A stretch of 64,000 nt of DNA from an uncultured bacterium (GCA_903851135.1 CAINNK010000012.1:4282-68281); one strand, 5' to 3'; shown: positions 48,237-58,645, numbered from the stretch's first letter. The notes: a model not told the origin generated them from the letters alone. Program-made: numbers and translations.

Positions 48237-48812
48237 ATGATTGCTAAACTAAAAGGTACGATTGATTTTTTGCGCGACTCTTATGTAGTTGTTGATGTTG
48301 GCGGCGTTGGATACAAGGTTTTCTTGACTACTCACACCTTCGGTATGATTGCCGGAAAAACCAATGTTGAGCTTTATATTCACACTTATGTACGTGAAGA
48401 TATTTTAGCGCTGTATGGTTTCGTGGATTTTGAAGAACTTGAAATGTTTGAACTTTTGATTTCAATTTCTGGAATTGGGCCTAAAGCCGCTTTGGGCATT
48501 CTTTCAATTGCTGATCCTAAGACAGTTCGAACTGCAGTTTTGAATGAAGACCCAGCTATTTTGACCAGAGTCTCTGGTGTTGGCAAAAAAACAGCGCAAA
48601 GAGTCATCTTGGAATTAAAAAATAAAATTTCAGATATTCCTATGCACGAGAAAGCCCAAGTGGTTTCCGATAGCGATGCGCTGGAAGCCTTGGTCACAAT
48701 GGGTTATTCCGTCTCGCAAGCGCGCGAAACTCTAAAAGAAATTTCTCCGGAAATAAAAGATGTTGGACAGCGAGTTAAATTAGCTTTGAAAAATCTAGGC
48801 AGAAGGGGCTAA
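48237..48812 (+). CDS. ruvA: Holliday junction DNA helicase RuvA
   Basis: MIAKLKGTI..VVVDVGGVGYKV OB-fold N-terminus, HhH ISISGIGPKAALGILS. Confidence 0.9.
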   Translation: MIAKLKGTIDFLRDSYVVVDVGGVGYKVFLTTHTFGMIAGKTNVELYIHTYVREDILALYGFVDFEELEMFELLISISGIGPKAALGILSIADPKTVRTAVLNEDPAILTRVSGVGKKTAQRVILELKNKISDIPMHEKAQVVSDSDALEALVTMGYSVSQARETLKEISPEIKDVGQRVKLALKNLGRRG

Positions 48813-48943
48813 ACTTGTTCGAATTTTTAAAATAGTCGCGCGCTCTTTTATTTGTGGTATAATTTAAACAAAGTTTTTGATTGAAACATAAAAAATAAAA
48901 AGCGCTTGCCAAATGTTTGGCAACCTGGCAATTCACAACATAA

Positions 48944-49426
48944 ATGGTTAAACAAAAAATATCAATAAAAAATAATTTGGCAGCGAAAAGAAGAGTCACG
49001 AAAGGTTCAACATTGGCTTTTTCATTGATAATTTTGGCTATGATGTTGACAATTGCAATGGGAATAGCGTCAGTGGAATTGATTCAGAAAAAAAATGCCA
49101 GTTCAACTCAATTTTCAGTTCAAGCCTATCAAGTTGCGGACGGTGGAACCTTGTACGCATTCAAAAAAATAGACAATGCGCGAAAAACTAGTGCTGACAT
49201 CAAATCTGAATTTAGCACCTGCACCTTTCCTGGGGACGTTAAAGATGTTGTAGAGTTTGGTGGCGACACTTCTTTTGATCTTTCTTTTTATGACGCTGAT
49301 GGTTTGCAGCTCGGATGCGACGCTTCTTCTATGGATGTTGCTAACATTAAATCAGTAGGCAGGTTTCACAATACGGTTCGTGCAGTTAATATCGGAGTAG
49401 AGGCGGCCACTCCGCCAACCCCATAG
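48944..49426 (+). CDS. hypothetical membrane-anchored protein (weakly pilin-like N-terminus)
   Basis: KG|STLAFSLIILAMMLTIAMGIASV hydrophobic segment; lacks the canonical Glu+5, so a pilin call is not supported. Confidence 0.4.
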   Translation: MVKQKISIKNNLAAKRRVTKGSTLAFSLIILAMMLTIAMGIASVELIQKKNASSTQFSVQAYQVADGGTLYAFKKIDNARKTSADIKSEFSTCTFPGDVKDVVEFGGDTSFDLSFYDADGLQLGCDASSMDVANIKSVGRFHNTVRAVNIGVEAATPPTP

Positions 49427-49566
49427 GATTGTCTTTTATTGTCTAAGAAAAGAAGTTTTTTTCTTGAGACTTTAGCAAAAATCAAATTCAAAACAAAAAC
49501 AAAAGAGCATTTTTCTTTAAATATGCTCTTTTGTTTTTGTTTTGTTTTATTGCTATAATTAGGCTT

Positions 49567-50691
49567 ATGGATAATAAAAATTCAGTTTCGCACAATCTTG
49601 AAAAGCATGGTCAAATTGAGCATGGCGACTTTTTGCAGTCTCAACCCTGGCGAAAATTCCAAGAAAATACCGGCAAAAAAACATTTCAGCTGGAAAGTGA
49701 GGGTTTTTCGGTTGTTCTCATTCAACATGTTTTACCAATGGTAGGGAAATATTTCTATGCACCCAGGGGACCAATAGCCTCACTTGAAGGCGAGGAATTT
49801 CCAATTTCCAACTCGTCTGCCGACGAGGCAGGTTTTCAATTTCCAACCAATGGACAAAATCCAAAATTCAAAAATAATATAAAAAAGGGGATGCGGGATT
49901 TGGTTGAATTGGCTAAAAAAGAAAAAGCGGGATGGATTAGAGTTGAACCGGAAAATGAGGAAAGTCTGGAATATGCAAGGGATGTGCTTGAAGAAATCCG
50001 CCCAAGGCGGACTGATTACAGAATTGTTAAAGCTCCGCATGACATGCAGCCAAGAGAAATTTTTGTGGTGGATATTTCAAAGTCAGCCCAGCAGCTGTTG
50101 GCTGAAATGAAAAGCAAGACGCGATATAATATTGGAATTGCCCAAAAGAAAGGAGTAGTTGTTCATGCTGGTAACAAAGAAGAGTATATTGAAGCATTTT
50201 TGAAATTAACGAAAGAAATGGCAGCCAGACACGGAATTACAGCCCATCCGGAGCAATATTATTTAAAGATGATTGAAAGTTTACCAGCTGAGATGCTTAA
50301 AATTTATGTGGCGCAGTTTGAAGGAAAAATCATTGCAGCTAATCTGGTTTTATTTTTTGGAAAGACTGCAACCTATTTGCACGGCGCGTCGGGCAATGAA
50401 AATCGCAACGTGATGGCCCCTTTTTTGTTGCAATGGCAAGCAATGCTGGACGCGAAAGAATTGGGTTTTGAAAAATATGATTTCGGAGGGATCTCTACGA
50501 ATTACGAACCAGGTACGAATGTACGAATTACAAATAGAAACTCTTCATGGAGCGGAATTACTGATTTTAAATTAGGTTTTTCGCCACAGACCTTGCCGGT
50601 TGAATTTCCAGGAAGTTATGATATAGTGGTTAATCCAAGGAAATATGGAGCCTATAGGATATTACAGAAATTAAAAATGATTTTTCATTGA
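49567..50691 (+). CDS. FemAB-family peptidoglycan peptide-bridge transferase (FemX-like)
   Basis: TATAAT box just upstream of ATG 49567 (MDNKNS); Fem-type acyltransferase features incl. LQWQAMLDAKELGFEKYDFGG. Confidence 0.75.
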   Translation: MDNKNSVSHNLEKHGQIEHGDFLQSQPWRKFQENTGKKTFQLESEGFSVVLIQHVLPMVGKYFYAPRGPIASLEGEEFPISNSSADEAGFQFPTNGQNPKFKNNIKKGMRDLVELAKKEKAGWIRVEPENEESLEYARDVLEEIRPRRTDYRIVKAPHDMQPREIFVVDISKSAQQLLAEMKSKTRYNIGIAQKKGVVVHAGNKEEYIEAFLKLTKEMAARHGITAHPEQYYLKMIESLPAEMLKIYVAQFEGKIIAANLVLFFGKTATYLHGASGNENRNVMAPFLLQWQAMLDAKELGFEKYDFGGISTNYEPGTNVRITNRNSSWSGITDFKLGFSPQTLPVEFPGSYDIVVNPRKYGAYRILQKLKMIFH

Positions 50692-50820
50692 TAAAATTAA
50701 AAATTGAAAAATCAAAATGGAAAATGACATTGAAAAATGTAAAATTTTAAAAGCAGCTACTATTTTTAATTTTAAATTGTCATTTTGATTTTTGAGATTT
50801 GCATTTTACATTCATAATTA
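50692..50820. repeat. AT-rich inverted-repeat element (same family as 38991..39125)
   Basis: AAAATCAAAATGGAAAATGACATTGAAAAATGTAAAAT ... ATTGTCATTTTGATTTTTGAGATTTGCATTTTACATT. Confidence 0.5.
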
Positions 50821-52271
50821 TGCACAAACTAAAAAAAATCATTCCTCAACAATTAAAAAATGTCTATCATCTTCTCCAAGCCATCTTGGCGAATTTTCGC
50901 TATAGTTTTCCCGCCTGCAACGCTATGCGTAGCATTGCGGGCAGGCCTTCTAAAAAAATAAAAGTTATTGGAGTTACTGGCACGGATGGAAAAACCACTA
51001 CTGTTCAGATGATTGTTAGGATTTTGGAAGAAGCCGGAAAAAAGGTGGCAGTTGCTTCCACGATAAATTTCAAAATCAATGGCAAGGAGGAAAATAATTT
51101 GTCGCACTACACGACCGAGTCTTCCTTTGCTTTGCAAAAATTTATTCGCCAGGCGGTTGAAGCTGGTTGTGAGTATCTGGTCTTGGAAGTTTCTTCGCAC
51201 GCCCTTGATCAATACCGGGTTTGGGGTGTTGAGTTCCAGACGGCGGTAATCACAAATGTAACCAGGGAACATTTAGATTATCATAAGACGATGGAGAAAT
51301 ACCGCCAAGCAAAAAAAATCCTTTTTAAAAATGTTGCAAAAAACAAAGGAAACTTAGTTGTCAATTTGGATATGGAAAATCCAGAAGATTTTTTGGATTT
51401 CGAGGCTGATAAAAAGTTTGGATACACAGCAGATAGTTCACGGTCAACAGTTGATGGTTCACGGAAAAATGTAGATTTAAACGTTGTTAAGGCTGAAGAT
51501 ATTGAACTTGGAATTGATGGATCTTCATATAAAATACAAGATACCTGCCTACCGGACAGGCAGGCAATTTCTAATAAAATCCAAATGACCAATGTTGAAA
51601 TCATAAATGCGGAGGAAATTGAGCTTGAAATTTCTGGTTCAGTCTATAAGCTAAAAGCTACATCCTATAAGCTAAATTTGCCTGGTTTGTTTAATATCGA
51701 GAATGCGCTGGCAGCCACTTGTGTGGCCCTAGGTGAGGGGATTGATTTACAAGTAGCAAGTGAAGCTCTTTCGCAAATTAAAGGCGTGGCAGGGAGAATG
51801 GAGGCCGTAGCAAACGATTTAGGGGTCAATATTTTGGTTGATTTTGCCCTGACCCCAAATGCGCTGGAAAAACTCTACAGTTTGCTTTATAGCGTGAAAA
51901 AAGAAGGTTCAAAAATCATTGCTATTTTGGGTTCCTGCGGGGACCGCGACAAAGGGAAAAGGCCACTGATGGGCGAAATTGTGGCAAAATATGCAGACGT
52001 GGTCATTCTTACCAATGAAGAGCCCTACCACGAAAACCCCCAAGATATTATTGATGCAATTTTTGTCGGGATTAAAAACAAAACTGAAAATGAAAATCTC
52101 TGGCGCATTCTTGATCGTCGCGAGGCGATTGCCAAAGCGCTTTCGATTGCGCAAAAAGATGACATCATATGCATCACCGGCATGGGCAGCTTCGAAACGA
52201 TGGTGGTCGGGGACAAAAAATTGCCTTGGAATGACAGGGGAGTGATTGAGGAGGAATTGAGGAAAATTTAG
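50799..52271 (+). CDS. murE: Mur ligase, MurE-like (UDP-MurNAc-tripeptide synthetase), start uncertain (50799 or 50925)
   Basis: IGVTGTDGKTTT P-loop, central domain, C-terminal GSCGDRDKGKRPLMGEIVAKYADVVILTNEEP closely matching the MurE DRDKGKRP signature; short N-terminal domain. Confidence 0.8.
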   Translation: MHFTFIIMHKLKKIIPQQLKNVYHLLQAILANFRYSFPACNAMRSIAGRPSKKIKVIGVTGTDGKTTTVQMIVRILEEAGKKVAVASTINFKINGKEENNLSHYTTESSFALQKFIRQAVEAGCEYLVLEVSSHALDQYRVWGVEFQTAVITNVTREHLDYHKTMEKYRQAKKILFKNVAKNKGNLVVNLDMENPEDFLDFEADKKFGYTADSSRSTVDGSRKNVDLNVVKAEDIELGIDGSSYKIQDTCLPDRQAISNKIQMTNVEIINAEEIELEISGSVYKLKATSYKLNLPGLFNIENALAATCVALGEGIDLQVASEALSQIKGVAGRMEAVANDLGVNILVDFALTPNALEKLYSLLYSVKKEGSKIIAILGSCGDRDKGKRPLMGEIVAKYADVVILTNEEPYHENPQDIIDAIFVGIKNKTENENLWRILDRREAIAKALSIAQKDDIICITGMGSFETMVVGDKKLPWNDRGVIEEELRKI

Positions 52272-52319
52272 TGATCAATATTCAATAGACAATAGGCAGT
52301 ATACAATTTTTTCCATCTC

Positions 52320-52336
52320 TGTCATCCGAAATGACA
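52320..52336. promoter_or_regulatory. short TGTCATCC-GAAATGACA palindrome (same half-sites as the large IR elements)
   Basis: TGTCATCCGAAATGACA in the intergenic region before 52479. Confidence 0.4.
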
Positions 52337-52478
52337 ACATTTTTATTAGACATAAGCATGAGTCATTGCTGAGCTGGACAAAAGTTTAATTTGTCGCTAT
52401 ACTATATTGTTATGATTAAAAAAGAATTTGAAACATCATAACAATGTTTTTTGAAAAATTATTTAACGGGAGACTATC

Positions 52479-53063
52479 ATGAGCAACAAAAACACGGATT
52501 CTCGGAAATTGGTTGATGTTATACTTGCGCTGGGGATACCCAGTCACGTTATTCAAAAATGGCTAAAGAAGGAGAATAGTGAAGAATTTAGGAAGAGACT
52601 GATGTCTCCAACAAAGGATGATGGGCTGAAATATTTTTTAACAGAGCCAAAGACTATCAAGGCTTGTAGCATTGATAGAAATAAATTTAGAGACAAGTGG
52701 GTGAATGATTGTCTGATTGATTATCAAGGTGGCGTTCAAGTTGCGAAATTTGCAGAAATTATTGAAAGTGGCTTAGGACAATATCTTTTGGATTCTGAAG
52801 ATATTGAAAAATTTGTGGTGAATGTTCAGCAAGCTATCTTATTTGCTGGACAATTTTTCCTAGGGGACCACGGAAAATTTATCGCTTTTGTTAAGGATAG
52901 CGAGGATTACAAGCTTTTTGTTTCCAAAGATAACTACATGAATGAAGGAGAGACAATTGATTGTAAGTTAATACCTTTTTCCGAAAACATGGGGATGTTG
53001 TCACCTTCTATTTCTATCGCAGGCGAGACGTTGCTGCTGTTACCAGAAGGCAGTGTTTTGTAG
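52479..53063 (+). CDS. hypothetical protein
   Basis: 194-aa ORF; no motif. Confidence 0.4.
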   Translation: MSNKNTDSRKLVDVILALGIPSHVIQKWLKKENSEEFRKRLMSPTKDDGLKYFLTEPKTIKACSIDRNKFRDKWVNDCLIDYQGGVQVAKFAEIIESGLGQYLLDSEDIEKFVVNVQQAILFAGQFFLGDHGKFIAFVKDSEDYKLFVSKDNYMNEGETIDCKLIPFSENMGMLSPSISIAGETLLLLPEGSVL

Positions 53064-53129
53064 GGTTTATCGTTTTGCTAACCCTTCCAAGTTTCGCATC
53101 GTCGGACTGGTTTTTTTCATTCTAAAATT

Positions 53130-53156
53130 AAAAGCATACTTAAATAGTATGCTTTT
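53130..53156. terminator. bidirectional palindromic terminator
   Basis: AAAAGCATACT taaat AGTATGCTTTT. Confidence 0.65.
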
Positions 53157-53176
53157 AAAATTTATTCAAAAAACCT

Positions 53177-53620
53177 TTACTTGAAAAATTGGATTAGAAG
53201 CATTGTTAAAATAAAACCGAGGATGGCGCCGACGATGACTTCACTGACGCGGTGGCCGGTGCGTTCTTTCAGGCGTGGGTATTTGTCGGTGTCGATGTTG
53301 AGTTGTTCAACCAGCATATTGAGATAGCGTCCTTGATCTCCAAGGTGCATGCGCAGACGAGTGGCATCGTCGATAATCAAAAAAGCCAACGCGATGGCGA
53401 CCGCAAATGAGCCATCATTGATACCCTCATAATATCCAACCGAAGTGATGATGGAAATTGCAAAAGCCGTGTGGGCGCTGGGCATGTGTCCGTGGGTAAA
53501 AACATAGCGAACATCCCAACCATGCTTTAAGCTATATAAAACGAACTTAACGATTTGCACCAGAATGCCAACAACAATAGGAATGATAAAAATTGCGTGA
53601 GGTGTGATAAATTTCATCAT
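53177..53620 (-). CDS. divergent PAP2-family membrane protein (YuiD/DUF212-like)
   Basis: THGHMPSAHTAFAISIIT and IIDDATRLR motifs typical of the acid phosphatase/vanadium haloperoxidase-related family; 4 TM. Confidence 0.8.
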   Translation of the reverse strand: MMKFITPHAIFIIPIVVGILVQIVKFVLYSLKHGWDVRYVFTHGHMPSAHTAFAISIITSVGYYEGINDGSFAVAIALAFLIIDDATRLRMHLGDQGRYLNMLVEQLNIDTDKYPRLKERTGHRVSEVIVGAILGFILTMLLIQFFK

Positions 53621-53831
53621 AAATTTTTCTTAATTAGTTAGCTATTTGCTATCAGTATAGCATATTTTTGCCAGTCTGAAGTTGACGAAAGATTTTCCCT
53701 AAAAAGACGTATTAAATAGGCTTATTCAGTCGCTTCTTTCTGGACAAAGAAAAATGAGGTATAATGAACTCAATTAATTTTGCCGCTAGTGAGGTAATAA
53801 TCATTACAACATCGGTTGGCATAAAATTGTT

Positions 53832-54383
53832 ATGACAAGTGGATTAATTATTATCATAATTTTGGTGGTTCTCGTGCTCGCCTTGGTTGGAATGTATAAC
53901 GGACTTATAACTTTGAAAAATAGAGTTGATGAGGCCTGGAGTGATATTGATGTTCAGCTCAAACGCAGACATGATTTGATTCCAAATTTGGTCAGCACCG
54001 TGAAGGGCTATGCGACTCACGAAAAAGAATTGTTTGAAAAAGTGACCCAAGCAAGAACGGCTGCGATGGGAGCAACTGGCCCAGTTGAAAAGGAGGCCGC
54101 TGAGAATGCGCTTTCTGGAACTTTGAAAACTTTGTTTGCAGTTTCGGAAAATTATCCTGATTTGAAAGCTAATCAAAACTTTTTGGAACTTCAAAGAGAA
54201 TTGACTGACACCGAAGACAAAATCCAGGCTTCTCGAAGATTTTATAACGGCAATGTTCGCGATTTTAACACTAAAATTGAAGTTTTCCCAACCAACATCA
54301 TTGCTGGCATGCTAGGATTTGCCAAAAGAGAGTTCTTCGAAGCCAATGCGACTGAGAAGGAAAATGTGGAAGTAAAGTTTTAG
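53832..54383 (+). CDS. LemA family protein
   Basis: N-terminal TM then YNGLITLKNRVDEAWSDIDVQLKRRHDLIPNLV LemA signature. Confidence 0.85.
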   Translation: MTSGLIIIIILVVLVLALVGMYNGLITLKNRVDEAWSDIDVQLKRRHDLIPNLVSTVKGYATHEKELFEKVTQARTAAMGATGPVEKEAAENALSGTLKTLFAVSENYPDLKANQNFLELQRELTDTEDKIQASRRFYNGNVRDFNTKIEVFPTNIIAGMLGFAKREFFEANATEKENVEVKF

Positions 54384-54419
54384 CTGTTCTATATGTTCTA
54401 GTTGTCGTAATTGATGTAA

Positions 54420-54806
54420 TTGCCTCAATTAAATTGTATGGGAAAGGTTGAATATGGATTTTATCGTTTAGAGGTTTGGAAACTTGGAATGGAATTGGTT
54501 GATTTTGTTTATGAAATTACGAAAAAGTTTCCAAGTGATGAGAAGTTTTCTTTGGTTTCTCAAATGAGGAGAGCGGCAGTGTCTGTTCCGTTAAACATTG
54601 CAGAAGGAAGCATCAAAAGAACGAAGAAAGATTTCGCGTCCTTTGTGAGGATTGCGCTAGGGTCATTAATGGAAACAATGACTTGTCTCGAAATTTCCTT
54701 GAGACAAAAATATATCGTAGCTGAGGATTTTGAAAAAGGGCAAGAAATTATTCAGAACATATATTTTAAATTAATTGCCTTGGATAAGTTTTTAACAAAA
54801 AAATAA
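54420..54806 (+). CDS. four-helix-bundle protein (23S rRNA intervening-sequence protein family)
   Basis: YRLEVWKLGMELVDFVYEITKKFPSDEKFSLVSQMRRAAVSVPLNIAEG. Confidence 0.6.
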   Translation: MPQLNCMGKVEYGFYRLEVWKLGMELVDFVYEITKKFPSDEKFSLVSQMRRAAVSVPLNIAEGSIKRTKKDFASFVRIALGSLMETMTCLEISLRQKYIVAEDFEKGQEIIQNIYFKLIALDKFLTKK

Positions 54807-54846
54807 CAATTACAACATATATAACACCTAGAACATTTAGAACAAT

Positions 54847-55743
54847 ATGACCTTATACGATCAAGCAGATAAAAACACCCGATTAACCTGGATTTATATC
54901 ACAGGTTTTTTGGTTTTTGTGATTGGGGTTGGCTATGTTTTTGCAGGCGCGATGGGCAACAGCGCCATTTTGTATGGTGCCGTTATTTTTTCAATTCTGA
55001 TGAGTTTTGGTTCATATTGGTGGAGCGACAAAATTGTGCTAGCAATGAGCAAGGCCAAAGAAGTGACCCATGAAGACGGCAGAGAAATCTATCACTTGGT
55101 TGAAAATCTTTGCATCACGGCCGGACTGCCAACGCCAAAAATTTATATTATTGAAGATAGCGCCCCGAATGCTTTTGCAACCGGTCGTGACAAAGAGCAC
55201 GGGGTGATTTGTTTGACCACTGGGATAATTGATAAATTAGAGAAAGCTGAATTGGAGGGCGTGCTGGCACATGAACTTTCGCACATTGGCAATCGCGACA
55301 TTTTGCTTTCAACTATTGTGGTCGTTTTGGTCGGGTTTATCACTTTGATGGCGGATTGGTTTCGCAATTGGACGATTTTTGGCGGACGCGACAGAGACAA
55401 TGATCGTGAAGGTGGACAATTGCAAATGATTTTGATGATTGTGGCCATCGTGCTTTCGATTTTGGCTCCGATTGCAGCGATGTTGATGCAATTGGCCATT
55501 TCCCGCAAGCGCGAATTTTTGGCTGATGCTGATGGGGCATTGCTAACACGTTATCCTGAAGGACTGGCGCGCGCGTTGGAAAAAATTTCCGCCGACAGCG
55601 AGCCACTTGAATCTGCCAATCGAGCCACCGCTCATCTTTTTATCGTCAATCCATTTAAGGGCAAAAAAATTTCTAAGCTTTTCATGACCCATCCGCCGAT
55701 TGAGGATCGCGTGGCGGCATTGAGGGGAATGAAAATTAAATAA
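54847..55743 (+). CDS. htpX: M48 zinc metalloprotease HtpX
   Basis: HELSHIGNRD (HExxH), 4 TM, downstream Glu; typical HtpX architecture. Confidence 0.85.
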   Translation: MTLYDQADKNTRLTWIYITGFLVFVIGVGYVFAGAMGNSAILYGAVIFSILMSFGSYWWSDKIVLAMSKAKEVTHEDGREIYHLVENLCITAGLPTPKIYIIEDSAPNAFATGRDKEHGVICLTTGIIDKLEKAELEGVLAHELSHIGNRDILLSTIVVVLVGFITLMADWFRNWTIFGGRDRDNDREGGQLQMILMIVAIVLSILAPIAAMLMQLAISRKREFLADADGALLTRYPEGLARALEKISADSEPLESANRATAHLFIVNPFKGKKISKLFMTHPPIEDRVAALRGMKIK

Positions 55744-55845
55744 ATTAAAATTTAAAAATCAAAAATTAAAATTATGGAGTCCTGTTTTGCAGGACAAAAT
55801 CCTTAAATTTTTCATTTTGAAATTTACATTTTCCATTTTTATCAT
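55744..55845. repeat. AT-rich inverted-repeat element with central GC hairpin (third family member)
   Basis: AAATTTAAAAATCAAAAATTAAAATT..AGTCCTGTTTTGCAGGAC..TTGAAATTTACATTTTCCATTTTTATCAT. Confidence 0.45.
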
Positions 55846-56344
55846 GCAATGGAAAACCCCCAAAAACACTGACAAATATCATTGGACGGCGCACGTGACT
55901 GAAAAGATGCATTATTATGGTCTTTCCGAGCAAAAAGTTTTGGGCGTGATCAGAAATCCCAAGAGAACTGAAACGGGCATTGCTGAAAATACGGTGGCGG
56001 TAATGTTGCCGGTGGGCTCAATTAAAAAAGGAAACGCCAAGCCAAAGTGGGGCAGACCAGTTTTTGGCGATTTTAATAATGAGCAAGAAAATTCTGAAGA
56101 AAAAAATGAAAAGGAAAGTTGGAATCAAGAAATTTGGGTGATGTACCAAATAAAATGTAAAAATCAAAAATCAAAAATCAAAATTTCAATTCAAAATAAA
56201 AATTTAGAAAAGCTTCAAAAACAAATTAATTCAAATAAGCAGTTAATTATCATTTCTGCTTGGCGGTATCCTGGAGTCAGCCCTAAAAATAATCCGATTC
56301 CGGAGGAGATTTTGAGGGAGCTTGAAGAAATTTCATGGAAATAA
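55844..56344 (+). CDS. hypothetical protein (start moved to internal Met after the repeat element)
   Basis: MQWKTPKNTDKYHWTAHVTE..; contains low-complexity (AAAATCA)n-encoded KNQKSKIK stretch. Confidence 0.4.
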   Translation: MQWKTPKNTDKYHWTAHVTEKMHYYGLSEQKVLGVIRNPKRTETGIAENTVAVMLPVGSIKKGNAKPKWGRPVFGDFNNEQENSEEKNEKESWNQEIWVMYQIKCKNQKSKIKISIQNKNLEKLQKQINSNKQLIIISAWRYPGVSPKNNPIPEEILRELEEISWK

Positions 56345-56469
56345 GCCTGGAGCTTATTGGTTGCTCATTTTCTAAAAAGTGGTAAAATATAAATACAAGG
56401 AAAGTGATAATATTATATGGTAAATTAATCAGTTTTCAATATCTTAATTTAATTTTAAATCACAAATTT

Positions 56470-57000
56470 ATGTCAGAAACAAAACATGAGGAAAAAAAGG
56501 ATTCGCAGCACAAAGCGCAAGGTAGTTCAGATATCAAGAGTCTTTTGTCTCAACTCGAGGCATTGTTAGATGAGTATATGGTGAAAAAAGCACCGTTTAC
56601 TTTGCCGAAAGACGCCAAGGAATTTATTGCCAAGGTCTCGCCATATTTGATAATCATTTTTGCAATTATGGCTCTGTCGTTTATATTCTTCACGCTTGGT
56701 CTTTCTGCCTTTGTTGCGCCATTTGCAATGATGGGCGGTTATGGTTACGGACTTGGCTTAAGTTGGAGTTTTGGCACAATTATTGCATTGGTAGTTTCTA
56801 TTATCTCTGTTGTCATTGAATTGATGGCTGTGCCAGGCTTGTTTAAACGCACTAAGAGTTCATGGAGGTTGCTTTTTTATGCCAGCATTGTTAGTTTGAT
56901 CGGAGGTATTCTGTCCATAAATGGTCTCGTTGGCGCAATTATCGGCGCAATTATTGGTTGGTATATCTTGTTTCAAGTTAAAGAACTTTACAAAAAATAG
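56470..57000 (+). CDS. hypothetical membrane protein
   Basis: MSETKHEEKK start; 3-4 TM helices with Gly-rich loops. Confidence 0.45.
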   Translation: MSETKHEEKKDSQHKAQGSSDIKSLLSQLEALLDEYMVKKAPFTLPKDAKEFIAKVSPYLIIIFAIMALSFIFFTLGLSAFVAPFAMMGGYGYGLGLSWSFGTIIALVVSIISVVIELMAVPGLFKRTKSSWRLLFYASIVSLIGGILSINGLVGAIIGAIIGWYILFQVKELYKK

Positions 57001-57022
57001 CATTCAATGCGCTTTTTCCAGT

Positions 57023-57047
57023 AAAAACAGGCCTTGGGCCTGTTTTT
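57023..57047 (+). terminator. rho-independent terminator
   Basis: AAAAACAGGCCTTGGGCCTGTTTTT. Confidence 0.75.
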
Positions 57048-57178
57048 ACTTTTTGAAACAAGTTTTTTGCAGAGTTGATTTTTTTGTTTTAATATGAGAA
57101 CATAAAGTGTAATTAATGATTCAAAAGATTTGAAAGAACATGCTTAAATGAGCTTTCAAGGTCTTAAATTCAAACAAT

Positions 57179-58645
57179 ATGGTGAAAAAAACAAAAATCG
57201 TGGCAACTTTGGGTTTGGTTTCTGACACTAAAGAAACTTTGCGAGCGATGATTGAAAATGGCATGAACGTGGCGAGACTTAATTTTTCCCATGGCGATCA
57301 TGAGTGGCACGGAAAAGCAATTAAAACTATTCGAGAGTTGTCGGCTGAAATGAATGTGCCAATTGGAATTTTGGGTGACCTGCAGGGACCACGTATCAGG
57401 ACAATGATGGAAGCTCCGATTGAAATCAAAACTGGGGAGTTTATTTTGATCAGTGACGTTGCTAAGGCTCCAAATTTTCAATTTCCAATTTCCAGCTTCC
57501 AAACAATTTCCAATGAACAAATTTCTAGTGATAAGAAGTTGACTTTAGATGCTGGCAACATTGTCGATGATATTGAAGTGGGACATGAGATTTTGATTGA
57601 GGACGGGCTAATGAAGTTGGTGGTGCGCGAAAAAAATGGCGGTGTGATGCTGGGCGAGGTAATTGATGGTGGCACAGTGAAGAATCGCAAGGGAGTTAAT
57701 GTGCCAGATTCACAACTTAAAATCAGCGCCGTGACCGAGAAAGATGAGCGAGATTTGAAATTTTTGATGGAAAATGAAGTTGATTTTATTGGGCTTTCTT
57801 TTGTTGGCTCAGGCGAGGACGTGGAATATTTGCGAGGAAAAATGAAAGAATTTTTGGGAAGAGAGGATAATTTGCCCCAGATCATTGTCAAAGTTGAACG
57901 CAAAGAAGCCATCAAAAACTTGGATGATATTATCGCTAAGACTGATGCAGTCATGGTGGCGCGCGGAGATTTGGGCATTGAAATTGAAGGTACGCGAGTT
58001 GCGGTTTTGCAAAAAGAAATTGTCAAAAAAAGTTTGCAGCACATGAAGCCAGTGATTGTGGCTACTCAAATGCTAGATTCAATGATTGTTAATCCTCGTC
58101 CAACTCGCGCAGAAATTTCCGATGTGACCAATGCCGTGGTTGATCACGCTGACGCTGTGATGCTTTCCGGGGAAAGCGCCGGCGGAAAATATCCGGTGGA
58201 AAGTGTACGCACCATGCGAGATATCATTCAGCACACTGAAGCTTCACCATTTGATGATGTGACGCATTTGCTGGAGCTTGATGGCAATGATGATTTCAAA
58301 AATTTAGTCAAAAGCGCTTTCAGTTTGGCAAGAAATAGTGAATCAAAGGCTATTGTTTTGGCTAGTGTTTCAGGATTTACGGCCAGAATGATGTCACACT
58401 TTAGATCTGAAAAACCACTTTTCGTGGCAACGAACAATGAAAAGACTTATCACCAATTGGCACTGGTTTGGGGAGCTCAGCCATATTTCACCCAGGAAAA
58501 AGAATTGTCAAAAGTTTTGGAAGAAATGATTGACTATCGCAAAAGTACTGGAGAGTTGAAAGATGGAGACAAAGTCATCGCCATCTTTGGCAGTGCCCAT
58601 GATAACAAAGAAAAGATGCAGTTGGTGGGAGTGAAAACAATCTAA
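57179..58645 (+). CDS. pyk: pyruvate kinase
   Basis: KTKIVATLGLVSDTKETLRAMIENGMNVARLNFSHGDHEWH, MVARGDLGIEI, C-terminal regulatory domain. Confidence 0.95.
   Translation: MVKKTKIVATLGLVSDTKETLRAMIENGMNVARLNFSHGDHEWHGKAIKTIRELSAEMNVPIGILGDLQGPRIRTMMEAPIEIKTGEFILISDVAKAPNFQFPISSFQTISNEQISSDKKLTLDAGNIVDDIEVGHEILIEDGLMKLVVREKNGGVMLGEVIDGGTVKNRKGVNVPDSQLKISAVTEKDERDLKFLMENEVDFIGLSFVGSGEDVEYLRGKMKEFLGREDNLPQIIVKVERKEAIKNLDDIIAKTDAVMVARGDLGIEIEGTRVAVLQKEIVKKSLQHMKPVIVATQMLDSMIVNPRPTRAEISDVTNAVVDHADAVMLSGESAGGKYPVESVRTMRDIIQHTEASPFDDVTHLLELDGNDDFKNLVKSAFSLARNSESKAIVLASVSGFTARMMSHFRSEKPLFVATNNEKTYHQLALVWGAQPYFTQEKELSKVLEEMIDYRKSTGELKDGDKVIAIFGSAHDNKEKMQLVGVKTI

Noticed and set aside
48944-49426. Type IV pilin call for the 160-aa membrane-anchored protein
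   Set aside because: It has a G followed by a hydrophobic helix but lacks the conserved Glu at +5 and has a 21-aa leader; not enough evidence for a prepilin.
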